64,000 nucleotides of DNA, taken from NCBI GenBank assembly GCA_002269645.1, contig NIVC01000835.1, positions 371,523 to 435,522 of the forward strand. The letters are read 5' to 3'. Numbering within the stretch: the stretch's first letter is position 1; the number at the start of each line of letters is the position of its first letter. The DNA is from Macrostomum lignano (Eukaryota). The notes beneath the pieces were generated by a model. The model had not been told where the DNA came from, searched no databases, and was given only the letters and a program-made list of their open reading frames with translations. Of the stretch, positions 1-35,020 are shown piece after piece. The position numbers were made by a program, and so were the translations under genes.

Positions 1-9
1 TATTCTCAC

Positions 10-3033
<3,024 letters not shown>

Positions 3034-3044
3034 CTGCATGGTGA

Positions 3045-3674
3045 ATGCAGTGTCTAGATGCAGTGTCTAGATGCAGTGTCTAGATGCAGTGTCTAGATGC
3101 AGTGTCTAGATGCAGTGTCTAGATGCAGTGTCTAGATGCAGTGTCTAGATGCAGTGTCTAGATGCAGTGTCTAGATGCAGTGTCTAGATGCAGTGTCTAG
3201 ATGCAGTGTCTAGATGCAGTGTCTAGATGCAGTGTCTAGATGCAGTGTCTAGATGCAGTGTCTAGATGCAGTGTCTAGATGCAGTGTCTAGATGCAGTGT
3301 CTAGATGCAGTGTCTAGATGCAGTGTCTAGATGCAGTGTCTAGATGCAGTGTCTAGATGCAGTGTCTAGATGCAGTGTCTAGATGCAGTGTCTAGATGCA
3401 GTGTCTAGATGCAGTGTCTAGATGCAGTGTCTAGATGCAGTGTCTAGATGCAGTGTCTAGATGCAGTGTCTAGATGCAGTGTCTAGATGCAGTGTCTAGA
3501 TGCAGTGTCTAGATGCAGTGTCTAGATGCAGTGTCTAGATGCAGTGTCTAGATGCAGTGTCTAGATGCAGTGTCTAGATGCAGTGTCTAGATGCAGTGTC
3601 TAGATGCAGTGTCTAGATGCAGTGTCTAGATGCAGTGTCTAGATGCAGTGTCTAGATGCAGTGTCTAGATGCAG
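3045..3674. repeat. Perfect 13-bp minisatellite, about 48 copies
   Basis: Unit ATGCAGTGTCTAG; abuts the exon edge at 3033-3039. Confidence 0.98.
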
Positions 3675-4091
3675 GGTCTCGATGTAGCAATCCTCTTTTA
3701 AACGGCTAATATTCACGAGGCTTAATTGGAGCTAAAAATTCTGTGAAAGTTCGTGCTCCCTCATTTATATTTTTTTTCTGCCTATTATTCATTCAAAGAA
3801 TCTCAGAATGCTTTTCAGCATCAAGGTTCTTTTTTATTTTTTGTGTGTTTTGTTGACGAACTTGAATGCGCCGGTTCGAGTACTCATTTTGGACTTGTGG
3901 ACAGAAAAACAGATATGAATAGATTCACAGCCTTTTTATAACTGGGTGGCATTGTTCGCTTCTGTGCGAGTGAGACAGAAAGATTAATTGGCTTTGCTTC
4001 CCTCCGTTGGGTTGGGTAGCATTTGTTTATTTCTGCACCCACACAGATGCTAATAGAAGTTCCACCTGAGATGCCGTACCTGATATGCCTG

Positions 4092-4370
4092 TATGCTGTA
4101 GCTGTATGCTGTAGCTGTATGTTGTAGCTGCATAATGTTAGTTATATGCTGTAGCTGCATGAGTTAGCTGTAGCTGAATGCTGTATGCTGTATGCTGTAT
4201 GCTGTATGCTGTATGCTGTATGCTGTATGCTGTATGCTGTATGCTGTATGCTGTATGCTGTATGCTGTATGCTGTATGCTGTATGCTGTATGCTGTATGC
4301 TGTATGCTGTATGCTGTATGCTGTATACTGTATGCTGTATGCTGGATGCTGTATGCTGTATGCTGTAGCT
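4092..4370. repeat. 7-bp repeat (TATGCTG)n
   Basis: Read directly. Confidence 0.96.
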
Positions 4371-5165
4371 ACGTAAAATTTTCGTGCTTATCAAAAATGG
4401 AACACTTGGACCCCTTCGCCACTCAGGCTATAGTCAGAACTTTTTCATAAGTGAAATTTCAATAAGGTAAACAAAAATAACACGAGATTTTCACCACTAA
4501 CGACAGTAATTTACTAGTTTACAGAACACTTACAATAATTAATTTGTAGGATTTATTTATTCAAATTCAAACAGGACCTGTTAGCTATACAATACTCAAT
4601 AATTTTGCAATCTGGTTAAGTTGATAAATAAAGCTTTTCTTTGCAGCCATTCTTAGAGTCACAAATGTGGAAAAAGCATTATATCTTGGTTTCATAGTGG
4701 CGGCAATAGTTATTATATAGATTTGAGCTACAAAACAGAAACTCAATGCTATACAACAAGCAAACAAAGAGAAACAAAAACTTAACAAAAAAGCATGATA
4801 AATACACAAAATAAGCTTTGCGAAGTATATGAAGCACTCTTTGGGAAGTTAACACTCAAAGCGAAAATAACTTGAAACTTTACATTCAATATTGCGCTTC
4901 TTCTCGAGCAAGGGGTGGACAGAGGCATCACTGCATTACAGGGACCATCGGAGAAGCGAATTTATCTAAGCAAAAATGAAACAATGTAAGACGCCATTTT
5001 GCTGCAAAGGAGCAAACAATAAGAAAACACACAGACACACAGCTACATGCGAAATCGGTAATAGATTATTGTCAGCAAAAGTTTTAAAAACATGAAAAAT
5101 TTCGATTAGAAGCTGCAAGCATTTCCCCTCCCGTAACAACTGCGGCAAAGTTAAGCGGGTTTGTT

Positions 5166-5853
5166 TGACCCAGGTGTGACCCAGGTGTGACCCAGGTGTG
5201 ATTCAGACATGACCCAGGTGTGACCTAGGTGTGACCCTGATGTGACCCAGGTGTGACCTAGGTGTGACCCAGGTGGGACCAAGGTGTGACCCAGGTGTGA
5301 CCCAGGTGTGACCCAGGTGTGACCCAGGTGTGACCCAGGTGTGACCCAGGTGTGACCCAGGTGTGACCCAGGTGTGACCCAGGTGTGACCCAGGTGTGAC
5401 CCAGGTGTGACCCAGGTGTGACCCAGGTGTGACCCAGGTGTGACCCAGGTGTGACCCAGGTGTGATTCAGACATGACCCAGGTGTGACCTAGGTGTGACC
5501 CTGATGTGACCCAGGTGTGACCTAGGTGTGACCCAGGTGTGACCAAGGTGTGACCCAGGTGTGACCCAGGTGTGACCCAGGTGTGACCCAGGTGTGACCC
5601 AGGTGTGACCCAGGTGTGACCCAGGTGTGACCCAGGTGTGACCCAGGTGTGACCCAGGTGTGACCCAGGTGTGACCCAGGTGTGACCCAGGTGTGACCCA
5701 GGTGTGACCCAGGTGTGACCCAGGTGTGACCCAGGTGTGACCCAGGTGTGATCCAGGTGTGACCCAGGCGTGACTCAGGTGTGACCAAGGTGTGACCCAG
5801 GTGTGACCCAGGTGTGACCCAGGTGTGACCCAGGTGTGACTCTGATGTGACCC
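5166..5853. repeat. 10-bp minisatellite carrying a CAGGTG E-box in most units
   Basis: Unit TGACCCAGGTG(T), consensus CCAGGTGTGA, roughly 65-70 copies. Confidence 0.97.
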
Positions 5854-5917
5854 ACGTTTGACAGGATTATCTTACTAATTATGGCAGCAAAGCCAGCAAG
5901 TCTGCTACTAGGAGAAG

Positions 5918-6294
5918 CTAACTATGCAACTCTTCTGGTGGAAGCAGAAATTGCTCCGGGTAAAAATGCTCTTCCCTCCGCTGCCACTGCTCTTCAACCG
6001 CTCCTTCGTCCGGATCGTAGCTCTCGCGAATAACAGCCGATATTGTCTCATCCAAGCTGGTGCCGCCGCTAGCCGCTTTGATCTGCTGCCCTGCTGGTTC
6101 AATACAGATAAACTGCTGCTGCTGCTGCTGATTCTGATCATTAGTTGCCGCCGCATAGTAGATAATAAACTCCTGTTGCTGCTTCTGTTGCTGTTGCTGC
6201 TGTTGAAGAAGAAGATGAGACTCCGCCGTAGAGCCCGTTGCCGAGGAATAGAAAGCGCCAGGGTGGGGTTGCGACTGCTCCACGCCGCCGCCGA

Positions 6295-6309
<15 letters not shown>
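5918..6309 (-). CDS. Candidate terminal exon of the E-protein gene: PPSH-stop in phase 0, or a 130-codon poly-Q/acidic tail in phase 1
   Basis: ACTTTCAG|CCGCC acceptor. The long frame has mixed CAA/CAG Gln runs and ends in TAG at 5918-5920. Confidence 0.5.
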
Positions 6310-24878
<18,569 letters not shown>

Positions 24879-26449
24879 GTGCAACGCGATTTCCCTTAAA
24901 AATGATTGAATTTAAATAGCCTGCAGATTTAGTAGAGTGGCAATGTTGGCTTCCAACTAACTTGGGGATTCTAGTAAGTAGTTGGTTCTCTGATATGTTA
25001 GCTTCATGGGCCTCCCTTCTCTCTCCTTTTACTCTTCTACTGAGGACGATGTGTTATGGCCCACAGGGGGCGCTCGGTTTGAGTAAAACAAAGAGCTGAG
25101 CAGAACTTGAGTACAAGGAAGATCGCTGAATGAGTGAGGGTTGGGGGGGGGGTGGGGGTTAGGGAAGTTAAGCTCAGTAAGGGTTTGAGTCTTCTTCCAG
25201 CCACTTCGCTCAATCATCAGAAGCGAGTGTGCGGGCCAGACCAAGCTTCAGAATGCTTGTCAAAGTTTGCGTGGGTCCCCCTTGTGCGTGCTTCTAGTCC
25301 TGGGTGGCCTCCTTTGTGTTTGGGAGCAGGGTAAAGGAGGGATAAGAGGGAGAGGGGGAGAGAGGGGAAAATCAATGACCGATCCGATTTTGTTGGGTCC
25401 GCTATGAGTCGGAATTGGAATATGAATTCTCTCTAAGTCAGGAGTAAGCTAGCTCAAGGTTTGTGTCATTTCTCAGCTTCTCTCTTATCTCTTATCTCTC
25501 CTCTCATCTACTCTCTCATCTGGTCCCCTGCTCCAAGTAGTGAAAACGTAAAAACGGCCCGTTTAGGGCACATTTTTGCTTGCAGTTTACCTTCTCGAGT
25601 AGCTCCCGTGGGGTTTCTCTGTTGATGTTGAGCTGCTTTGGTTCTGTCAGAACTGGAGGGTAAATGAAGGACACAACACTATTTAGAATTTAATTTGCAA
25701 AGCCTACTCTTAATTTTATTCTTTCTTGGCATCTGCTACTGGAAGCAAAAAGCAAGAAATATGCAAGAAATATGCAAGAAGGAAGCGGTAAGGGAATTAA
25801 AGCCGTTGGATTGCGAGACCGCTTTTTATTAATAATTCCTTCCCCACCTCCGCCGGTTTGTTCCTCGCAGCGTCAGCGTCAGCGTCCTCTTGGGGATTTC
25901 GCCGTGTCGCGGAGTCGAGTCGGATTTTTCCCCTCCAGGAAATATTTATTAAAGCATCGCGCGCGCAGGAGGGGGGGGGGGGAAGAAACGAACCGAAGAG
26001 TAAAAAACCCCCAACGGAAGGAATGTTTAAAACGATTCCGCCTTGGAATGGATGAGGGGGGTGGATGGATGGAAATATTTTCTTCTTCTGCGAGAGCTAG
26101 GATGAGGAGAGGAGCGGGGCGGCATGCTGGAAAGATGGGGGGGGGGTTGAGTAAGATTGAGGGAACGATGACGACTGAGTCTCCGGGAGCGAAATGGTTG
26201 AATAATTTCTTCTTATGCACCAGCCGAGAAAGAGGGAGCCGCTATTTTTTCTGCTCCGCTTCAGCTGCTCGAACCCCCTAAACGGTTGCAGTCAACATTC
26301 GGGGCGGTTCAAATCTGTAAAAAGTGTTAGTGTTGAGAGACCGAGCGAGAGGCGAGAGGAGAGAGAGGGGGAGAGAGAAACGATATGAGATCTAGCATTG
26401 AGGGATTCTGATGCTCTCAGTAAAAAGAAATAAGCTGCTGACAGGCACA

Positions 26450-27068
26450 CACTAAAACAGAGACTAAGGCAGACATTAAGACATGGACCAAGACAAGCAC
26501 TGAGACAGACAGTAAGACAGACACTAAGGCAGACACTATGGCAGACACTAAGACAGACACTATGGCAGACACTAAGACAGGCACTAGGACAGACACTAAG
26601 ACAGACACTAAGGCAGACACTAAGGCAGACACTAAGGCAGACACTAAGGCAGACACTAAGGCAGACACTAAGGCAGAAACTAAGGCAGACACTAAGGCAG
26701 ACACTAAGGCAGACACTAAGGCAGACACTAAGGCAGACACTAAGGCAGACACTAAGGCAGACACTAAGGCAGACACTAAGGCAGACACTAAGACAGACAC
26801 TAAGGCAGACACTAAGGCAGACACTAAGGCAGACACTAAGGCAGACACTAAGGCAGACACTAAGGCAGACACTAAGGCAGACACTAAGGCAGACACTAAG
26901 GCAGACACTAAGGCAGACACTAAGGCAGACACTAAAGCAGACACTAAGGCAGACACTAAGGCAGACACTAAGGCAGACACTAAGACAGGCACTAGGACAG
27001 ACACTAGGACAGACACTAGGACAGACACTAGGACAGACACTAAGGCAGACACTCAGACAGGCACTCAG
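26450..27068. repeat. 12-bp minisatellite
   Basis: Unit GGCAGACACTAA. Confidence 0.96.
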
Positions 27069-27892
27069 ATAGATGGATTTCTTCAGCGCGGTAGGATTTT
27101 CTTACCCTCTTCCTCCTGTTCACGAAGTCCGCTAGATGGATGAAAGTTGAGTTCGGAGTTGAAGCTGCTGCGGAGAAACGGATGAGCCTGTAGTCCAGAT
27201 GATTATTCGCCGAGAGACTAGAAGGGATTAATCAATTGGGGAGAACACCAAAACACAGAGAGAACTCTTCCAAGTTAGATGAAGCGAAATATGCTGGGAT
27301 TAGGGACCGCCTCTAATGGCAGAAAATATTGTACAAAAGACGATTGAGTTTCCGGGAATTAAGCGAACTTAAGTGAACTCAAGCTCAAGCAGAAAGTTGA
27401 TTTCTTTTGCTATAGTAACTCGGGCTGCTCTTGTCTAGCAGTTGTTTAAGTAGTCGTTTACCTCGCTGATATGAGCGTTAAGCTTTTTTAAGCTGAGGGG
27501 AACTGCCGCCGCTGCTGATCCTTCCTTTTCTATTCTATCCTTCCCTCTCTCTCCCCACCCCCTTGCTTTCGGTTAACACCCACCCTCCCCCCATTGCCTA
27601 CCCCACCCGCGCCACAGCCAACAGTTGAGAGACGCGAAACCATTGCTGCAAAGATGCCCAGAGCCAAAAGCCCATGGCAGCCAATAGAGGCCCGAGAGCT
27701 GCTGCTGACTGTCATTGCGGAGCTTTCTGGGGCTGCTCGGCGTTTTCCATAGTTTTGCAAACCCGGGCCAAGTGCTGGGGAGGATTGCTAATTGGGATTT
27801 CGGGCAGGAGGTGTCATATTTTTGGGGGAAAGGGATTCGGCAACTTAGTTTGGCGCTTCAGGTGCAATTTTAGCCTTGATGACATCGAAACT

Positions 27893-28622
27893 GGGTGCCG
27901 CTGACACTCGTTTTAACATCACTGACACTTATTGGAGCATGGCTGACAGGACACTATTTTAGCGCCGCTGACACTCGTTTTCGAGAAGCTGACACTTCTT
28001 TTCGAGCAGCTGACACTTATTTTCGAGCAGCTGACACATATTTTTTCGAGCAGCTGACACTTATTTTCGAGCAGCTGACACCTATTTTCGAGCAGCTGAC
28101 ACTTATTTTCGAGCAGCTGACACTTATTATCGAGCATGGCTGACACTCATTTTAGCATCACTGACACTCATTTTCGCGCTGCTGACACTCATTTTAGCAT
28201 CACTGACACTCATTTTCGAGCAGCTGGCACTTATTTTAGCATCGCTGACACTTATTTTCGAGCAGCTGACACTTATTATCGAGCATGGCTGACACTTATT
28301 TTAGCATCGCTGACACTTATTTTCGAGCAGCTGACACCTATTTTTTCGAGCAGCTGACACTTATTATCGAGCATGGCTGACACTTATTTTAGCATCGCTG
28401 ACACTTATTTTCGAGCAGCTGACACCTATTTTTTCGAGCAGCTGACACCTATTTTTTCGAGCAGCTGACACTTATTTTTTCGAGCAGCTAACACTTATTT
28501 TTGAGCAGCTGACATTTATTTTCGAGCAGCTGACACTCCTTATCGAGTATGGCTAACACTTATTGGAGCATGGCTGACACTTATTTTAGCATCATTGACA
28601 CTCATTTTCGCGCTGCTGACAC
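27893..28622. repeat. ~21-bp minisatellite with a GCAGCTG E-box in many units
   Basis: Unit like TTTTCGAGCAGCTGACACTTA; about 15 intact GCAGCTG by manual count. Confidence 0.92.
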
Positions 28623-29504
28623 TAAGTGTAAGCTACTCACAAAACTATCCATTTTTTTAGGTTTTAGTGCCATTTAATACAGGCCCTTTGTTTCTTGGAA
28701 CTCTACCCGAATCAGACTTGAGCCTGTCGGATCAAGCCTATAGATGAGCTCAGATGAAGAAATGACGAGATTCGAGAGAAATCCAGGCAATGAGAGACTC
28801 TGCTGCGAAATCAGGGGCGCCGATCCTTAATTATAAGTGATTATCTCAGCCCTTCGCTTATTCTAGGCATACAATTAACCAAGCGGTCGGATGTGTGAGT
28901 GCCTGTGTGTGCACACAAAATTATAGGCTTCAACAATTTCTAGAATCGTCTTCAGCCCCCCCCCTCTATGTAGCTTTTAGCTCTGAGAGGTAGAGAAGAG
29001 ATCGAAGGAGACTGAGAGAAGGGGGGAAGGATGAGGAGCCGAACGTGCCCTGCATCAGGGGCGGCAGCTTCTCAACTCATAAGTCTGCTTCTGCACACGC
29101 TCAGCGAGCAGCCGGCCGAAAGCATTTATTCCTCTATCTCTTTTTTTCCCAGCTAATGGCGAGAGAAAAAATTAGCGAAGCAAATTCTATGGGAACAGGC
29201 ACTGGCTTAATTAGTGCCTGCATCCCGGATGCCGCAGCGGAACAGGATGCTGGAGAGGACCACTTTGGCGAAGGCGTTCCACACCTGAGACTTATAGACT
29301 AATAAGAGCAGATAGAGGTGGTACTAAAGCTCAGGTGGTGATAAGGATCTGGGGCGCGAAGATGAGGCGGTGGGAGAAAAGAGGCTGAGAGGAGATTGTT
29401 TTATTACTTCAACATCTTCTTGAAGACTGGCCTTGGCTTTTAGGTGGAGACTTCCTGCCGTGCCCAGTGCTATGGCATCTCCTTTAGCTGTTTAGCGAAT
29501 GGAA

Positions 29505-29980
29505 TCTAGATGGATGGGATCTAGAAGGATGGGATATAGAAGGATGGGATATAGAAGGATGGGATCTGGAAGGATGGGATCTAGAAGGATGGGATCTATA
29601 GAAGGATGAGATCTAGAAGCATGAGATCTAGAAGCATGAGATCTAAAAGGATGGGATCTATAGAAGGATGGGATCTAGAAGGATGGGATCTGGAAGGATG
29701 GGATCTGGAAGGATGGGATCTAGAAGAATGGGATCTAGAAGGATGGGATCTGGAAGAATGGGATCTAAAAGGAAGGGATCTAAAAGGAAGGGATCTAAAA
29801 GGAAGGGATCTAAAAGGAAGGGATCTAAAAGGAAGGGATCTAAAAGGAAGGGATCTAAAAGGAAGGGATCTAAAAGGAAGGGATCTAAAAGGAAGGGATC
29901 TAAAAGGAAGGGATCTAAAAGGAAGGGATCTAAAAGGAAGGGATCTAAAAGGAAGGGATCTAAAAGGAAGGGATCTGGAA
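29505..29980. repeat. 15-bp minisatellite
   Basis: Unit GGA(T/A)GGGATCTA(G/A)AA. Confidence 0.95.
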
Positions 29981-30299
29981 AAAATAAGATTCTTTAGGAT
30001 CTTAAGAAAAGGAGAATCTGGGATGAGGATCTCAAACAATTACGATCCTCGACGGGTAAGTGCACTCCATTTTTGGCTTTCATGGAAATATCCTGTCGAC
30101 AAAATATTCAACCCTATGCGTTAAAATAGAAATAGAAACTTCCACGTTATTCCCAGGAAAATTTTCGCCAAAGAAGTGAACAGCGCGAAGGGATTTTTGA
30201 GCCAACGGGGGGTCCAAGAGGGGGGGGGCAAATTTCTTAGAGAATTGACAGACCCCAGTTGGAAAAGCCGAGCTTCCAAACCATATATCGCCAGAGAGG

Positions 30300-30352
<53 letters not shown>

Positions 30353-30629
30353 GAAATGTGATTCCACTTAGCAGCTCTGCTGGGCCAACAGTTCTCCGAT
30401 TTCGCCAACTGAAGGATCTGAAGGACAATGCCTATTGCTGTGCGCCTCACTTAATGCAGTGCCGGCTAATTTAATTGAGTTTAACAACTGACTGGCTGAC
30501 TGGCCGGAAGAATTTTGGAAAGATTTGGAATGTATTAGAGTGTATGCATTCCAAAAATACGCTGAAAATACGCTAAAAAATATTAAAGATAAAAATTTAT
30601 TGAAGCTTGTCAACTGTGAACAAAACTGC

Positions 30630-31390
30630 AGATTTGGTAGAGATGGGTAGATGTTTGTAGAGGTGGGTAGATGCTTGTAGAGGTGGGTAGATGCTTGTAG
30701 AGGTAAGTAGATGTTTGTAGAGGTTGCCAGATGTTTGTAGAGGTGGGTAGATGCTTGTAGAGGTAAATAGATGTTTGTAGAGGTGGGTAGATATTTGTAG
30801 AGGTGGGTAGATGCTTGTAGAGGTAAGTAGATGTTTGTAGAGATGGGTAGATACTTGTAGAGGTAAATAGATGTTTGTATAGGTTGGCAGATGTTTGTAG
30901 AGGTGGGTAGATGTTTGTAGAGGTGGGTAGATGTTTGTAGAGGTAAGTAGATGCTTATAGAGGTAAGTAGATGTTTGTAGAGATGGGTAGATACTTGTAG
31001 AGGTAAATAGATGTTTGTATAGGTTGGCAGATGTTTGTAGAGGTGGGTAGATGCTTATAGAGGTAAGTAGATGTTTGTAGAGGTGGGTAGATGTTTGTAG
31101 AGGCGTTTATATTTTTCTAGAGGTGAGTAGATGTTGATAGGAATGGGTAGATATGAAGAGAGGTAGATAGAAGCAGATTAGGGCAGTTAGATGTTGATTG
31201 TTGATAGGAATGGGTAGATATGAAGAGACGTAGGTAGAAGCAGATTAGGGCAGTTAGATGTTGATTGTTGATAGGAATGGGTAGATATGAAGAGACGTAG
31301 GTAGAAGCAGATTAGGGCAGTTAGATGTTGATTGTTGATAGGAATGGGTAGATATGAAGAGACGTAGGTAGAAGCAGATTAGGGCAGTTG
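30630..31390. repeat. 20-bp minisatellite followed by about 4 copies of a ~67-bp unit
   Basis: GTAGAGGTGGGTAGATGTTT to about 31105, then GATAGGAATGGGTAGATATGAAGAGACG... units. Confidence 0.9.
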
Positions 31391-32899
31391 GACATTGACC
31401 AATATTGAAAAGGCAACTTTCCTTGTTTTTAGACGTCACCCCTAAGGAAAAGAATGATTGGAACAATTGCAAAATAGAAGCAATTTATCCCCCGCAGAAG
31501 ATGCTGATTGCCGCAAACAAAATAATTGGAGCATTATGTAATTTACTGTAATTTTGCGAAAATTGTCCAAGGCCAGAAAATTTGGCATTGGATGCGTCAG
31601 TGCCTTTGTTGCAGATTAGGCGATAATTGTCGCAGATTTTGCTATAGCCGGCTGAACCAAAATTTACGGACTATAATTGGTGCAATAAACTGTGCGATTA
31701 TGTTGCAATTATGAGCATTGTCGACCTTCTTTTTCCAGAATATTTCTTCACAGATCTTGAAATTGTCTGACTTAAACACGTTTGATAAACTCCCCTTTTA
31801 CGAGTACCTGGGACCGGTAATTATTGGCCTTTGTAGTTGGAATTCTGGCTGAGGCCTGACGGACAAAATTGCTGATTGCTGCTTTGACTTTTAGAAGTAA
31901 GCACTGACAGAAAAAGCTTCTGCTTATTATTATTGTTTACAAGATCGAAATGCAAAGCTGACTGTCACCAGCTGTGAAACTGGCTCAAACTCTCCAGATT
32001 TCACAATCCCCATTGACATCCAACTTCACCAATGCCCAAACTTCCCAATCCATGCTTCACAATCCCCAATCTTCACAATCCCCAAGATCCACAATCCCCA
32101 AGCTTCACAATCCCTAAACTTCACAATCTCCAAACTTCACAAAAACTTGTCACGGCAGCGGATGACTTGGCAGCGGGATTCCCAGCTTATATGTGGGCAC
32201 AGTGTTAATTCAGTCGCTCAGTTTTCGAGAACGCCTTCAAGGCCCTGAGGTTATTTATCTTGGCCCCAGCTAAAGGATTAGGGATTCAATCTAGCATGAG
32301 CTGAGCTATTGCGGAGGTGAGCCAGGCCGCGCACTCATACGGTTGGGATTCTAATCTATAGTGATGAGTTAAGGGGATTTCTAACACTGATAGGCGAATG
32401 AGTGAGAGCCCGCCAGAGGATTAGAGCTCAGTCTCCTTCTTCATCCGAGCTCATCACCTCTCACCTATGCTTTTTTCAGAATCGAGGTCGCACAGTTCTT
32501 TCGAAATCCGGCTGAAAAATAGCCAGAAGAGGGGATCAAAGAGGGAATTGGATTGGGGGGGGGCGCCGATTTTTCAATTCCAGCCACTTCCACCCAGGTT
32601 CCCATTCAAATTTCCTGGAATCGTTCGCAATTGTCGTGCAATCTTGAAGTGACAATTTAATTAGAGAATAGAGAGGCCCAGTGTGAGTCAGTGACAGAAT
32701 CAGACTGAATGCAGTTCTGCAACTGACACTGCAAATTGAAATTGTTGCGGTTTCAAATCATTGACGATCTCGGCTCTGCCCTCTCTATTAAAAAGAATGT
32801 CAGACACACTCCAGCCTCAGGGACTACTAACACACCCGGACGATGATAGATACTGATAACTCCGTTGAATTTCTGTTTTTTTTAAGTCTATAGTTTATG

Positions 32900-33625
32900 A
32901 AATCTGTAGTTTGTGAAGTTTCCAGTTGGTGAAGTGTCCAGTTTGTGAAGTGTCCAGTTTGTGAAGTGACCAGTTTGTGAAGTGTCCAGTTTGTGAAGTG
33001 TCCAGTTTGTGAAGAGTCCAGTTTGTGAAGAGTCCAGTTTGTGAAGAGTCCAGTTTGTGAAGTGTCCAGTTTGTGAAGTGTCCAGTTTGTGAAGTGTCCA
33101 GTTTGTGAAGTGTCCAGTTTGTGAAGTGTCCAGTTTGTGAAGTGTCCAGTTTGTGAAGTGTCCAGTTGTCCAGTTTGTAAAGTGTCCAGTTTGTGAAGTG
33201 TCCAGTTTGTGAAGTGTCCAGTTTGTGAAGTGTCCAGTTTGTAAAGTGTCCAGTTTGTGAAGTGTCCAGTTTGTGAAGTGTCCAGTTTGTGAAGTGTCCA
33301 GTTTGTGAAGTGTCCAGTTTGTGAAGAGTCCAGTTTGTGAAGAGTCCAGTTTGTGAAGTGTCCAGTTTGTGAAGTGTCCAGTTTGTGAAGAGTCCAGTTT
33401 GTGAAGTGTCCAGTTTGTGAAGTGTCCAGTTTGTGAAGTGTCTAGTTTGTGAAGTGTCCAGTTTGTGAAGTGTCCAGTTTGAGAATTTTCCTGTTTGTGA
33501 AGTGTCCAGTTTGAGAATTTTCCTGTTTGTGAAGTGTCCAGTTTGTGAAGTGTCTAGTTTGTGAAGTGTCCAGTTTGTGAATTTTCCTGTTTGTGAAGTG
33601 TCCAGGACTCCAGTTTGTGAAATGT
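32900..33625. repeat. 16-bp minisatellite
   Basis: Unit GTTTGTGAAGTGTCCA. Confidence 0.96.
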
Positions 33626-35020
33626 TCAGTTAGTTTTAGAAGCGATCCCTTTTTCTTTTTGACTAGCTTCCAATCCGTAGATGAATTCTAGACCGGAGTC
33701 CCTGTCCCCAAGCCTGATTGAGTTGAGTTGAGGAAATTCGGGAAAGCATGGGGCAAAAGGAAAATGGAGAGAGAACAGCCCCCCCCCCTCACTGGAGTCC
33801 CGTTTCTCCCTCCTGTCACCCTCCGCCAGCACTCAGTTGTTTGCGAAAAGCCGCCCCAACTCCCATTTTCCGTGGTTTGCAGCGACAGGAATTAGACTGT
33901 GCAAATATCCCCATTTCGCTTCCCAATACACTCCTCCCCCCTCTCTCTCTGTCTACTTGAGCATAGAAGAGCATATTATTTCCCTTCCGTGAGGAAACCA
34001 CCGACTCAACTGGTTCCCCCCTCTCTCCATGCAGTGCCCGCGCAAAACTTTGGATCGTACTGTATGGGACTATTTTACAGATGCATATAAATCTCTCTAC
34101 TTAACTTTGCTTTGTGGAATTCACTCTGCAATTCCCAATAAGTAGAAGCTCATAATGTAAAAGCCCGGAACAACAAAACACACTGTGTGACTCACACTGA
34201 CTTGTCACCACCCCCCAGTTCCTTCGTCTCCCAACGGTTGGTAAAACCGCGCGCGTACTACTGACTAACTAATCTTTCAAAAGTTTATATATGAATTTTA
34301 GCTACACCTTGTTATTATCGATTTTTACTGTCGACAACAATAAGATTCTACGAGTTATAATGCAATTGTTTTTGTCAACTTGTGGAGTTTCTTTGTGTGG
34401 AGGGTAGCCAGTTGCAATTGCGCTATGCTCAAGAAACGTGAAAAATTCTATAAAAGTCCACGTTTTTTAAGATATCGAACTTGTTAGGACTGCAATAACT
34501 TAATTGCTACTTAGTTTTGCTACACAACGAACTAGAAATTATAGTAATATGTCATTTTCTTTTGTACTTCTGATATGTAATTTTTGAGTCTGTGAAATTT
34601 TCATGATGAGACACATTGTGATTTTGTGACATTTTGAGGGTGTGATATTGTGAGGATGTGACAGTTTGAGGATGTGAAATTTTGAGGATGTGACATTTTG
34701 AGGACTTTAATTAAGGATTCTAACTTTCGAGGATGTAAATTAATGAAAACATTTTTGAAGATTTCAAGATAAAACAAGCTTTAAAAATGAATCATCTCTC
34801 TGGTTTGCTGTCCTGAAATACGAGAACATGTAAAACGCTATCATTTTAAAAGCTCAGGGGATGCCAAAGCCGTGTAGTCTATGGCCCAGAGTACTCAGTA
34901 CATTCTAGTAGTATATAGAATACGCTCGTAGATAGCGTTTGTAATTAAACATCTTGCAAAGGAAGGAGCTTGTTTGTTATTTTACCAAAATCTAAGAAGG
35001 TAAAAGTAAGCCGACAGCTG

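Noticed and set aside
26417-27143. ADTK / VSAL repeat ORFs as an antifreeze- or mucin-like gene
   Set aside because: Pure 12-bp tandem repeat with no flanking coding sequence or splice context.
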